Assembly: GCA_027487395.1 (NCBI GenBank) | Contig: JAIYDR010000384.1 | Location: forward strand, 9,732 to 73,731 | Length of the DNA: 64,000 nucleotides | From: Rhodobacter sp. | Lineage (GTDB): Bacteria > Pseudomonadota > Alphaproteobacteria > Rhodobacterales > Rhodobacteraceae | Reading direction: 5' to 3' | Shown: piece by piece, positions 20,238 through 30,548 of the stretch | Layout: every line of letters begins with the position of its first letter | Numbering within the stretch: position 1 is the stretch's first letter | Made by a program: the position numbers and the translations under genes | The notes under the pieces: model-generated | Told to the model about the DNA's origin: nothing | The model's input: the letters and a program-made list of their open reading frames with translations, nothing else | The model's database searches: none

Positions 20238-21635
20238 ATGACGAATGACACTTGGGGATCGGTCCGTGAGGATTTGGTCAAACGCGTGGGACGCAATAAC
20301 TATGTCACATGGATCGAACCCCTGAAACTTGCGGGACTGGTCGACGGCGTTGCCCGATTCGAGGTTCCGACGTCCTTTTTCGGGGATTGGGTGTCGCGCA
20401 ATTTTGCCGACCATCTGCGTGCGCATATGAATGCCGCCGGAATGGGTGTGGAACGTGTTGAATTCGCCGTCATCCGTCCCGGTGCTGCACCGGCCACCCC
20501 TGCGGATGCCCCTGCCCCCCGTCGCTCCGCCCCGGCCAACCGCGCCACCCCGGTCCCGGCCCCGGCGCGAGCCCGAGCGCAGGACGCCGATGAGGTGCCC
20601 AGCGCCCCGCTGGATGCGCGCTTTACCTTTGATAACTTCGTGGTGGGTAAGCCGAACGAGCTGGCCCATGCCGCCGCGCGCCGGGTGGCCGAAGGCGGAC
20701 CCGTCACCTTTAACCCGCTGTTCCTTTATGGCGGGGTGGGTTTGGGCAAGACCCACCTGATGCACGCCATCGCGCATGACTTGCAAAGCCGCCAAACGGG
20801 GCTGCGCGTGCTGTATCTTTCGGCGGAACAGTTCATGTATCGCTTCGTGCAGGCGCTGCGCGAACGTCAGATCATGGATTTCAAGGAACTCTTCCGGTCC
20901 GTTGATGTGCTGATGGTCGATGATGTACAGTTCATCGCGGGCAAAGACAGCACGCAGGAAGAATTCTTCCACACCTTCAACGCACTGGTTGACCAGAACA
21001 AGCAGATTGTCATCTCGGCTGACCGCGCGCCGGGTGAGATCAAGGACCTTGAGGACCGCATCAAATCCCGCCTGCAATGCGGGTTGGTTGTGGACCTGCA
21101 CCCGACCGATTACGAATTGCGCTTGGGCATCCTGCAAACCAAGGCAGAGCATTATCGGGGCCAATACAAGGGCCTGCAGATTTCTGATGGCGTGCTGGAG
21201 TTTCTGGCCCATCGCATCACCACCAATGTCCGTGTGCTTGAGGGCGCTTTGACCCGTCTGTTCGCATTTGCAAGCCTTGTTGGCCGTGAGATCACGCTGG
21301 AACTGGCGCAGGATTGCCTTGCCGATATCTTGCGCGCTTCGGATCGCAAGCTGACAATCGAAGAAATTCAGCGCAAGGTGGCCGAGCATTACAACATCCG
21401 CCTGTCCGATATGATCGGCCCCAAGCGCCTGCGCACCATCGCGCGGCCGCGACAGATCGCCATGTATCTGGCCAAGCAATTGACGCCCCGGTCCTTGCCA
21501 GAAATCGGGCGCCGTTTTGGCGGGCGGGATCACACCACCATCATGCACGGTGTGCGGAAGGTCGAAGAGTTGATGACGATGGACAGCCAACTGTCCGACG
21601 ACATCCAGCTTTTGCGCCGCCTTTTGCAAGGCTGA
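20238..21635 (+). CDS. dnaA: Chromosomal replication initiator DnaA
   Basis: FNPLFLYGGVGLGKTHL, DDVQF, NVRVLEGAL, RPRQIAMYL, GGRDHTT; start re-called at ATG 20238. Confidence 0.98.
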   Translation: MTNDTWGSVREDLVKRVGRNNYVTWIEPLKLAGLVDGVARFEVPTSFFGDWVSRNFADHLRAHMNAAGMGVERVEFAVIRPGAAPATPADAPAPRRSAPANRATPVPAPARARAQDADEVPSAPLDARFTFDNFVVGKPNELAHAAARRVAEGGPVTFNPLFLYGGVGLGKTHLMHAIAHDLQSRQTGLRVLYLSAEQFMYRFVQALRERQIMDFKELFRSVDVLMVDDVQFIAGKDSTQEEFFHTFNALVDQNKQIVISADRAPGEIKDLEDRIKSRLQCGLVVDLHPTDYELRLGILQTKAEHYRGQYKGLQISDGVLEFLAHRITTNVRVLEGALTRLFAFASLVGREITLELAQDCLADILRASDRKLTIEEIQRKVAEHYNIRLSDMIGPKRLRTIARPRQIAMYLAKQLTPRSLPEIGRRFGGRDHTTIMHGVRKVEELMTMDSQLSDDIQLLRRLLQG

Positions 21636-21910
21636 GCCAATGCGCTTCGGTGTGTTTGCCAGTGCCGTGCTAAGTGCCAGCCCTGCCTTTGGCAGCGTGG
21701 GCGCAGCCAGCGACGCAGCGGACATCACCAAGGGCTGCGATTGACGCGGTCTCTGCGGGGGTCTTGTGGCATTTGTCCCGCGCTTTGCGCACAGATGCGC
21801 CAAATCCCTTGTGAACGCCAATAAACCCGCTAATTTCAGCCTCCCCGGCCCCCGGGTTGGCCCAAGGGTCAGTGCAGAGGGGCGGGGCAAGAACGGATGG
21901 GGATGGTAGG

Positions 21911-23029
21911 ATGAAACTCTCGATCGAACGCGGCACGCTCTTGAAGGCGCTGGCTCAGGCGCAATCCGTTGTAGAACGCCGTAACACCATTCCGATCCTC
22001 GCCAATGTGCTGATCGAGGCTGAGGGCGCGCAGGTCAGTTTCCGCGCCACCGATCTGGACATCGAAGTGCTGGATCGCGCCCCCGCCATGGTGGAACGCC
22101 CCGGCGCGACCACGGTTTCGGCGGTGATGCTGCATGAGATCGTGCGCAAACTGCCCGATGGCGCGCTGGTGAACCTGACGGAGGATGGTTCGAATGGTCG
22201 TCTGACCATCACGGCGGGACGCTCTACCTTCAGCCTTGCCACCTTGCCGCGCGAAGATTTCCCGGTGATGGCGACGTCGGAATACACCACCAATTTCAGC
22301 GCCAAGGCCCCCGACCTGCGCCGCCTGTTTGACAAGGCGAAATTCGCCATATCGACCGAAGAGACCCGTTATTACCTGAACGGCGTCTATATGCATGTCG
22401 CCACCGGTGAGTCAGGCCCCGTGCTGCGCTGCGTGGCCACCGATGGCCACCGTCTGGCGCGCATCGACATGCCCCTGCCCGACAGCGCGCAGGGGATGGC
22501 GGGCGTGATCGTGCCGCGCAAGACGGTGGGCGAATTGCGCAAGCTCTTGGACGATGATGACGCGACCATCGCGGTTTCGGTGTCGGAAACCAAGGTGCGC
22601 TTTGCAACGCCTGCAATCACGCTGACCTCAAAGGTCATCGACGGCACCTTCCCCGATTACACCCGTGTGATTCCCACCGGCAACACCCGCCGGCTTGAGG
22701 TGGATGCGTCGGAGTTCGCCAAGGCGGTGGACCGTGTCGCCACGGTGTCATCGGAACGCTCGCGCGCGGTGAAGCTGTCTTTGGATGAGGATCGCTTGAT
22801 CCTGTCCGTCAACGCCCCCGACAGCGGTGCCGCCGAGGAAGAACTCGCTGTCGCCTATGGCGATGAACGGCTGGAGATTGGCTTTAACGCCAAATACCTG
22901 TTGGAAATCGCGTCCCAAGTGGACCGCGAGAACGCCGTATTCTTGTTCAACTCGTCGGGCGATCCCACGCTGATGCGCGAAGGCAATGACATGAGCGCGG
23001 TCTATGTCGTGATGCCGATGCGCGTCTGA
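21911..23029 (+). CDS. dnaN: DNA polymerase III beta sliding clamp
   Basis: RNTIPILANV, ATDLD, EETRYYLNG, ATDGHRL, VVMPMRV. Confidence 0.98.
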   Translation: MKLSIERGTLLKALAQAQSVVERRNTIPILANVLIEAEGAQVSFRATDLDIEVLDRAPAMVERPGATTVSAVMLHEIVRKLPDGALVNLTEDGSNGRLTITAGRSTFSLATLPREDFPVMATSEYTTNFSAKAPDLRRLFDKAKFAISTEETRYYLNGVYMHVATGESGPVLRCVATDGHRLARIDMPLPDSAQGMAGVIVPRKTVGELRKLLDDDDATIAVSVSETKVRFATPAITLTSKVIDGTFPDYTRVIPTGNTRRLEVDASEFAKAVDRVATVSSERSRAVKLSLDEDRLILSVNAPDSGAAEEELAVAYGDERLEIGFNAKYLLEIASQVDRENAVFLFNSSGDPTLMREGNDMSAVYVVMPMRV

Positions 23030-23045
23030 CAGGGCAGGGGGGCAT

Positions 23046-23471
23046 TTGCCGGTTCAATTCCATCCAAAGCAGGGCAGTGTGGTGCTCGTGCGTTTCGATG
23101 GAGCATTCAAAGAGCCGGAGATGGTCAAGCCTCGGCCCTGCGTGGTCACTTCTTAAGCGATGAAGTCGCGACCCGGTCTGTGTACGGTCGTTCCGCTGAG
23201 TACGACTACCCCTTCACCCGTGATGCCTAATCATTGCGCGTTGGAACTTTCCCTGACGCTTCCCGAGCGTTGGAATGCCCCCTCATGTTGGGTCAAGGGC
23301 GATATGGTCTATGCGGTTGGCCTTCATCGGGTTGATCTGTTTCGGCTGGGAAAAGGTGCAGACGGACGACGCGTTTATCAAACGGAAACGCTTCCCTTGT
23401 CTGATTTGAAGCGCATACAGGCCTGCGTCCTTGAAGGACTGGGACTGCCGGGCTTGACGAAACATCTTTGA
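23046..23471 (+). pseudogene. Solo PemK/MazF-like endoribonuclease toxin interrupted by an in-frame TAA at 23154-23156
   Basis: TTG 23046 after a G-rich RBS reads MPVQFHPKQGSVVLVRFDGAFKEPEMVKPRPCVVTS*AMKSRPGLCTVVPLSTT..., in frame with the 23160 ORF; K.RP.VV and VVPLSTT are PemK-family motifs. Confidence 0.82.
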
Positions 23472-23482
23472 GAGAGCATCTA
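23454..23482 (+). promoter_or_regulatory. Putative sigma70 promoter embedded in the 3' end of the toxin gene
   Basis: TTGACG (23454-23459), 17-bp spacer, CATCTA (23477-23482). Confidence 0.55.
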
Positions 23483-23486
23483 GGCA

Positions 23487-23609
23487 CCGTGGCGGCTCTG
23501 GGCGACCATCCGTTTCAAGACCCTTCGGGGCCATCGGGCCCGCCAGCGACAGCAAGCTGTGGCCCGATGATCGTAAGCCCTGCGCCACGGGCGCGGGGCT
23601 TTCTTGTTT
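23487..23609 (+). ncRNA. Candidate structured ncRNA (~120 nt), putative RNA antitoxin
   Basis: GCGA-capped and C(UUCG)G hairpins, a perfect 9-bp helix enclosing two small hairpins, ending in an intrinsic terminator; no credible ORF. Confidence 0.6.
23575..23609 (+). terminator. Intrinsic terminator upstream of recF
   Basis: AAGCCCTGCGCC-ACG-GGCGCGGGGCTT followed by TCTTGTTT. Confidence 0.75.
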
Positions 23610-23638
23610 AGACTGGAGTCTTTGGCTAAGCCGATCAC

Positions 23639-24742
23639 ATGACGCTTGGCATTTCCACCCTCACCCTGTCCCATTTCCGCAGCCATCGCGCGGTGCGGAT
23701 GGAGTTTGACGGGCGGCCTGTGGCGATTCACGGGCCAAATGGCGCTGGCAAGACCAATATCTTAGAGGCGGTGTCGCTGCTTTCGCCCGGTCGCGGCCTC
23801 AGGCGGGCGGGGGCCGAGGAATTGGCACGGCGGCCCGAGGCCTTGGGCTGGAAAATCCGGGCCGAGGTGCTCGGTCTGGACGCCCCGCATGAAGTAGAGA
23901 CGGGGGCCGAAGGGGCGGCGGCCCGCACCGTGCGGATCGACGGCAAGCCCGCGCCGCAACTGGCCTTGGCGCGCCTGTTGCGGGTGCTGTGGCTGGTGCC
24001 CGCGATGGACCGGTTGTGGATCGAAGCGGCCGAGGGGCGGCGGCGCTTTCTGGACCGTCTGACGCTGAGTTTCGCCCCCGACCATGCCGAAGCAGTCTTG
24101 GCCTATGAAAAGGCGATGCGCGACCGCAACCGATTGTTGAAGGATCAGGTGAGCGATCCGCATTGGTACACAGCCCTTGAATCGCAGATGGCCGAAAGCG
24201 GGGCGATGATCACCGCCAACCGACAGGCAGCGCTGTCGCGACTGGCAGAGGCGCAAGAGGGGGCCGAGACGGCCTTTCCACGCGCCGACCTGTCGCTGAC
24301 CGGGCCAGAGGGCGAAGCGATGCCGGAATTGCCCGATGACCTTGCCACCGCGCTGTCCCGAGGGCGACGGCGCGACATGGCGGCGGGGCGCACACTGACG
24401 GGCCCGCATCGCGCCGATCTGGCGGCGGTCTTTGCGGCCAAGGGCGTGGCGGCGGACCAATGTTCGACGGGAGAGCAGAAGGCGCTGCTGATCAGCCTGA
24501 TCTTGGCCAATGCCCGCGCTTTGGCCGCCGATCTGGGCGCCGCGCCGATCCTCTTGTTGGATGAGGTGGCGGCGCATCTGGATCAATCCCGCCGTGCCGC
24601 GCTGTATGATGAGATTTGCGCCTTGGGCGCGCAGGCAATGATGACAGGAACCGAGCCGGGGTTGTTTGACAGTCTGGGCCAACGGGCGCAAACACTTTGC
24701 GTCGCCGATGTGGGCGGCGTTTCAACGGTGGTGATGGAATGA
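23639..24742 (+). CDS. recF: DNA replication and repair protein RecF
   Basis: GPNGAGKTNILEA, RRRFLD, GPHRADL, STGEQK, LLLDEVAAHLD. Confidence 0.97.
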   Translation: MTLGISTLTLSHFRSHRAVRMEFDGRPVAIHGPNGAGKTNILEAVSLLSPGRGLRRAGAEELARRPEALGWKIRAEVLGLDAPHEVETGAEGAAARTVRIDGKPAPQLALARLLRVLWLVPAMDRLWIEAAEGRRRFLDRLTLSFAPDHAEAVLAYEKAMRDRNRLLKDQVSDPHWYTALESQMAESGAMITANRQAALSRLAEAQEGAETAFPRADLSLTGPEGEAMPELPDDLATALSRGRRRDMAAGRTLTGPHRADLAAVFAAKGVAADQCSTGEQKALLISLILANARALAADLGAAPILLLDEVAAHLDQSRRAALYDEICALGAQAMMTGTEPGLFDSLGQRAQTLCVADVGGVSTVVME

Positions 24743-25173
24743 CCCCTCAGCGTGTGACCTTGATTACCCTTGGCGCGTCCGACCTTTCTGCGGCACGGGC
24801 CTTTTACGCCCGACTTGGCTGGATTGAGCATGGCGAAAGCCAACCGGGCTGCGCCTTTTTTCAGATGCACGGGCAGGCGCTGGCGCTGTACGGACGCGAT
24901 GCCCTTGCCGCGGATCAGGGCCGCGCTGGCGCGATCTTGGCAACCGGGGCGGTGACCTTGGGGCAGAACTTCGCGACAGAGGCCGAGGTGGACGCCGCCT
25001 TTGCCGCCGCGCTCTCCGCCGGTGCCACTGCGCTGAAGGCCCCGGAAAAGGTGTTCTGGGGCGGCTATTCCGGCTATTGGGCCGACTTGGACGGGCATGT
25101 CTGGGAGGTGGCGATGAATCCGTTCTGGCCGCTGAACGCCGACGGCTCCCTGACACTGCCGGGCGCTGAATGA
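24739..25173 (+). CDS. VOC/glyoxalase family protein
   Basis: RVTLITLGASDL..ARAFY and FWGGYSGYWADLDGHVWEV; ATGA overlap with recF. Confidence 0.88.
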   Translation: MTPQRVTLITLGASDLSAARAFYARLGWIEHGESQPGCAFFQMHGQALALYGRDALAADQGRAGAILATGAVTLGQNFATEAEVDAAFAAALSAGATALKAPEKVFWGGYSGYWADLDGHVWEVAMNPFWPLNADGSLTLPGAE

Positions 25174-25790
25174 CGGTTTCGATCACCGAACTGCTGCTTT
25201 ACGCAGGTGGCATGGCCGCGCTTTGGGCGGTGCCCGGTCCGGTCTGGGTGGCCTTGACCGCGCGGGCGCTGACGGGGGGCTTTGCGGCGGCCTGGCCACT
25301 GGCGGTGGGGGTGGCTTTAGGTGATCTCTTCTGGCCGCTTGCCGCGATCCTTGGGCTGACGTGGATTGAAAGCGTTTACGGCGATTTCCTTCTGGTCCTG
25401 CGCTACGTTGCGGCGCTGGTCTTTCTGGCGATGGGCGTGATGCTGATCCGCAAGCCGGTGACCACGCTGAACGCTGATAACCGCCTGACCAAGCCCGGGC
25501 TTTGGGCCGGGTTTTCGGTCGGGGTGGCGGCGGTGATCGGCAATCCCAAGGCGATCCTGTTTTACATGGGCGCGCTGCCGGGGTTCTTTGATCTGGCCCA
25601 TGTCAACGCCGCCGATACCGTTGCGATCATCCTGATTTCGGCCGTTGTCCCGATGGCGGGCAATCTGGCGCTCGCCCTCATGTTGGACCGGGCACGACGG
25701 CTTTTGTCCAGCCCAGCAGCGCTGCGGCGGATGAACCTGGGCTCAGGGGTTTTGCTGATCCTTGTCGGGCTGGTGATTCCCTTCGTCTGA
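25170..25790 (+). CDS. LysE/RhtB family exporter
   Basis: AVPGP near the N-terminus, GNPKAILFY, multiple TM segments. Confidence 0.9.
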   Translation: MTVSITELLLYAGGMAALWAVPGPVWVALTARALTGGFAAAWPLAVGVALGDLFWPLAAILGLTWIESVYGDFLLVLRYVAALVFLAMGVMLIRKPVTTLNADNRLTKPGLWAGFSVGVAAVIGNPKAILFYMGALPGFFDLAHVNAADTVAIILISAVVPMAGNLALALMLDRARRLLSSPAALRRMNLGSGVLLILVGLVIPFV

Positions 25791-25805
25791 CGCAATATAT
25801 TGTGG
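25790..25805. promoter_or_regulatory. NrdR-box-like palindrome upstream of gyrB
   Basis: ACGCAATATATTGTGG versus consensus acaCwAtATaTwGtgt (14 of 16 match). Confidence 0.55.
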
Positions 25806-25812
25806 TGGACCC

Positions 25813-25841
25813 GTGACAATCCCCGCGAGGGAAAGTATAAA
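25813..25841 (+). promoter_or_regulatory. Putative sigma70 promoter of gyrB
   Basis: GTGACA-N17-TATAAA, ending 29 nt before the gyrB ATG. Confidence 0.65.
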
Positions 25842-25855
25842 TCGCGGGCAATTGA

Positions 25856-28321
<2,466 letters not shown>

Positions 28322-28421
28322 CGCGGCAAGTCCTGTCTGATATACGGCCTGCCCCCGTGGCGGGCCGTTTCCTTTTGCGCCACCCGCGCTAGACTGCGCC
28401 ACAGGGGAATGGGGGAAGATC

Positions 28422-29561
28422 ATGATCGACATGCCGCAGGACGGGCTTTTCGTCGGGCGCATCTGGCGGGCGGGCATTGGCCCTTGCCTTGTCACGCTGC
28501 GCGACGGGATGGTGGTGGACATCACCAGCACCGCCGCCCCCACCATGCGCGACCTGCTGGAGATGGACGACATCCCCGCCTTCGTCACCGCGCAAGGTGG
28601 CACAACGGTCATGCCGCTGTCCGACCTTATGGCAGCGAGTATTGAGGCATCGGGCAATCAGACGCGCCTGCTGGCCCCCTGCGATCTGCAAGCGGTCAAG
28701 GCCTGTGGCGTGACCTTTGCCCGGTCCATGATCGAACGTGTGATCGAAGAACGCGCCGGCGGCGATCCGACGCGTGCCGATGCCATCCGCGCGCGGGTGC
28801 TATCGGTGATCGGCGACAGCCTGCGCAATCTGGTTCCCGGATCAGACCAGGCGGCCGAGGTAAAGCGCCTGTTGCAGGCCGAAAACCTGTGGTCGGCCTA
28901 TCTTGAGGTCGGTATCGGCCCGGACGCCGAGGTGTTTACCAAATGCCCGCCGATGGCGGCCGTGGGTTGGGGTGCGACCGTGGGCCTGCATCCCATCAGC
29001 ACCTGGAACAACCCCGAACCCGAAGTTGTGCTCGCCGTCGCCAGCACGGGGCGCATCGTCGGTGTCAGCCTTGGCAATGACGTCAACCTGCGCGACGTTG
29101 AGGGGCGGTCTGCCCTGCTCTTGGGCAAGGCCAAGGACAACAATGCCAGCGCCGCCATTGGCCCCTTCATCCGCCTGTTTGATGGCACGTTCGGGATGGG
29201 TCACGTCCGGCAGTTGGAACTGACCATGACGGTGGCGGGAACCGACGGTTTTGCCCTGACAGGCCGCTCATCCATGGCGGAAATCAGCCGCGATCCGGCG
29301 GACCTTGCCGCCCAGACCTGCGGGCGGCATCACCAGTATCCGGATGGATTCATGCTGTATTGTGGCACCATGTTTGCGCCGGTGCAGGACAGGGACGCAC
29401 AGGGTCAGGGCTTTACCCACCATATCGGCGATGTGGTCCGCATTGGCACCCCGGCGCTGGGCACCTTGGAAAACACCGTCCGCCTGGCCACCCAAGCGCC
29501 GGAATGGACCTTTGGCACCGCCGCCTTGATGCGCAACCTGTCGGGGCGCGGCCTGCTTTAA
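28422..29561 (+). CDS. Fumarylacetoacetate hydrolase family protein, XylX-like 2-keto-3-deoxy-pentonate dehydratase
   Basis: KACGVTF, ERVIEERA, YLEVGIGPDAEVFTK, WNNPEPE, NDVNLRD.EGRSALLL.KAKD, QYPDGF resemble Caulobacter XylX as recalled. Confidence 0.85.
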   Translation: MIDMPQDGLFVGRIWRAGIGPCLVTLRDGMVVDITSTAAPTMRDLLEMDDIPAFVTAQGGTTVMPLSDLMAASIEASGNQTRLLAPCDLQAVKACGVTFARSMIERVIEERAGGDPTRADAIRARVLSVIGDSLRNLVPGSDQAAEVKRLLQAENLWSAYLEVGIGPDAEVFTKCPPMAAVGWGATVGLHPISTWNNPEPEVVLAVASTGRIVGVSLGNDVNLRDVEGRSALLLGKAKDNNASAAIGPFIRLFDGTFGMGHVRQLELTMTVAGTDGFALTGRSSMAEISRDPADLAAQTCGRHHQYPDGFMLYCGTMFAPVQDRDAQGQGFTHHIGDVVRIGTPALGTLENTVRLATQAPEWTFGTAALMRNLSGRGLL

Positions 29562-30175
29562 CCGCCCAGGCCGACCATGCCATTCACCCAAGACTCGCCG
29601 GTGCGGCTGTCCTTGCCTTTGGTTTGAACGCCCACCTCAAGGTCGGGGAAATAGACCCAACGCCCGGACCATGTGACCGGGCCGGAATAGAAGTTTCCGT
29701 TGACCCCTATCGCACGATAGCGGCACCCGTTGAGCGTGACGGTCTTTTCCGGGTCAAAGCTGTAGGCGACGGTGAAGGACCACGTTTTCTTCACCCCACC
29801 AAAATTGCCGCTGGCCACACCGGTTGTGGCGAAATTGCCGCCCGCCACCGGAACCGGACCGCTTTGGTCATAGACGGTCTCGATCTCCCACTGCGCGGCG
29901 GGAAAGGGCGTGCTGTTCGTTTCCGGATCGACCGACAGGTTTTGCTGTTCAAGGCGCGGATAGACACCGTAAAGCGTCCTCTGCCACCGCAACGGCTCAC
30001 CCTCTGGGTCACGGTATTCGGCCTGAACGCCCGCTTCACTGCGCGACAATCGCCATTCGTCGCCAGCCTTCAGGAAAACGGTCACCTCAGTCTCGGAAAA
30101 GTCGTCCTTGGTCAGGCAGTCGGCAAAGGCCGGTTGCGCCAGACACAGGGCAAAAGCCGCAAATCGCAAAAACAT
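29558..30175 (-). CDS. Hypothetical exported protein (205 aa)
   Basis: Signal peptide ending PAFA; beta-rich composition; two Cys in the mature part; no family recognised. Confidence 0.7.
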   Translation of the reverse strand: MFLRFAAFALCLAQPAFADCLTKDDFSETEVTVFLKAGDEWRLSRSEAGVQAEYRDPEGEPLRWQRTLYGVYPRLEQQNLSVDPETNSTPFPAAQWEIETVYDQSGPVPVAGGNFATTGVASGNFGGVKKTWSFTVAYSFDPEKTVTLNGCRYRAIGVNGNFYSGPVTWSGRWVYFPDLEVGVQTKGKDSRTGESWVNGMVGLGG

Positions 30176-30210
30176 AAAATCACCGAACGAGTCAATTTGT
30201 CTAACAAAGG

Positions 30211-30287
30211 TGGTGACCCCGGCGTGATTCGAACACGCGGCCTACGGTTTAGGAAACCGCCGCTCTATCCTGCTGAGCTACGGAGCC
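30211..30287 (-). tRNA. tRNA-Arg (anticodon CCT)
   Basis: Minus strand GGCTCCGTAGCTCAGCAGGATAGAGC...GCGGT-TTCCTAA-ACCGT...GTTCGAATC...CGGGGTCACCA; 77 nt with encoded CCA. Confidence 0.97.
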
Positions 30288-30348
30288 ACTACGCTCTTCA
30301 TGCCGTGAAAACTCTGCCGATTCAACGTCTGCCGATTGTCAGGCTGAC

Positions 30349-30392
30349 AAAAAAGAAAAGGGGGAGTGAATTTTTGGCCCACCACTCCCCCT
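30349..30392 (-). terminator. Intrinsic terminator of the candidate sRNA
   Basis: 10-bp stem AGGGGGAGTG/CACTCCCCCT followed by TTTCTTTTTT on the minus strand. Confidence 0.8.
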
Positions 30393-30458
30393 CCGGTCCG
30401 TCGCGTCTGGGTTGAGAGCTTGCAGGACGCGCAGGATATCGCCAGCACGATGGCTGTT
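30349..30458 (-). ncRNA. Candidate trans-acting sRNA (~110 nt) divergent from the LacI gene
   Basis: Bounded by a TTGTCC-N17-TATGTT promoter and an intrinsic terminator; internal hairpin with a CU-rich loop. Confidence 0.6.
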
Positions 30459-30514
30459 AGCGGTAACATAGGCGATTCCTGCCCCTTGGACAAGGGCCTC
30501 TATTGGCGCTAACA
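30455..30514. promoter_or_regulatory. Two GntR(LacI)-type operators over back-to-back promoters
   Basis: TGTTAGCGGTAACA (30455-30468) and TATTGGCGCTAACA (30501-30514); minus-strand -35 at 30488-30493 and -10 at 30465-30470. Confidence 0.7.
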
Positions 30515-30548
30515 GTGGCTGTGATGAAATTCACGCAGGACCCTTTCC

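Noticed and set aside
19989..21890. Long antisense ORFs (this one, 9725-11194, 36751-38280, 50988-52379 and others)
   Set aside because: Shadow frames opposite well-supported genes, expected in high-GC DNA; no recognisable motifs.
19702..21910. Replication origin next to dnaA
   Set aside because: No TTATCCACA-like box cluster or extended AT-rich unwinding element was seen in either flanking gap; oriC is often unlinked from dnaA in alphaproteobacteria.
23154..23156. Stop-codon recoding (Sec/Pyl) in the toxin gene
   Set aside because: The codon is TAA, which is not used for Sec or Pyl.
23480..23731. Minus-strand small ORFs (23480-23731, 23283-23588) as a protein antitoxin
   Set aside because: They overlap recF or the toxin antisense and show no antitoxin-like features; the plus-strand promoter, hairpins and terminator explain the region better.
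28322..30287. Integrative element at tRNA-Arg
   Set aside because: No integrase and no duplicated tRNA 3' end were found in the window.
30278..30493. 71-aa minus-strand ORF
   Set aside because: It starts inside the promoter, crosses a terminator and runs into the tRNA; not a credible CDS.
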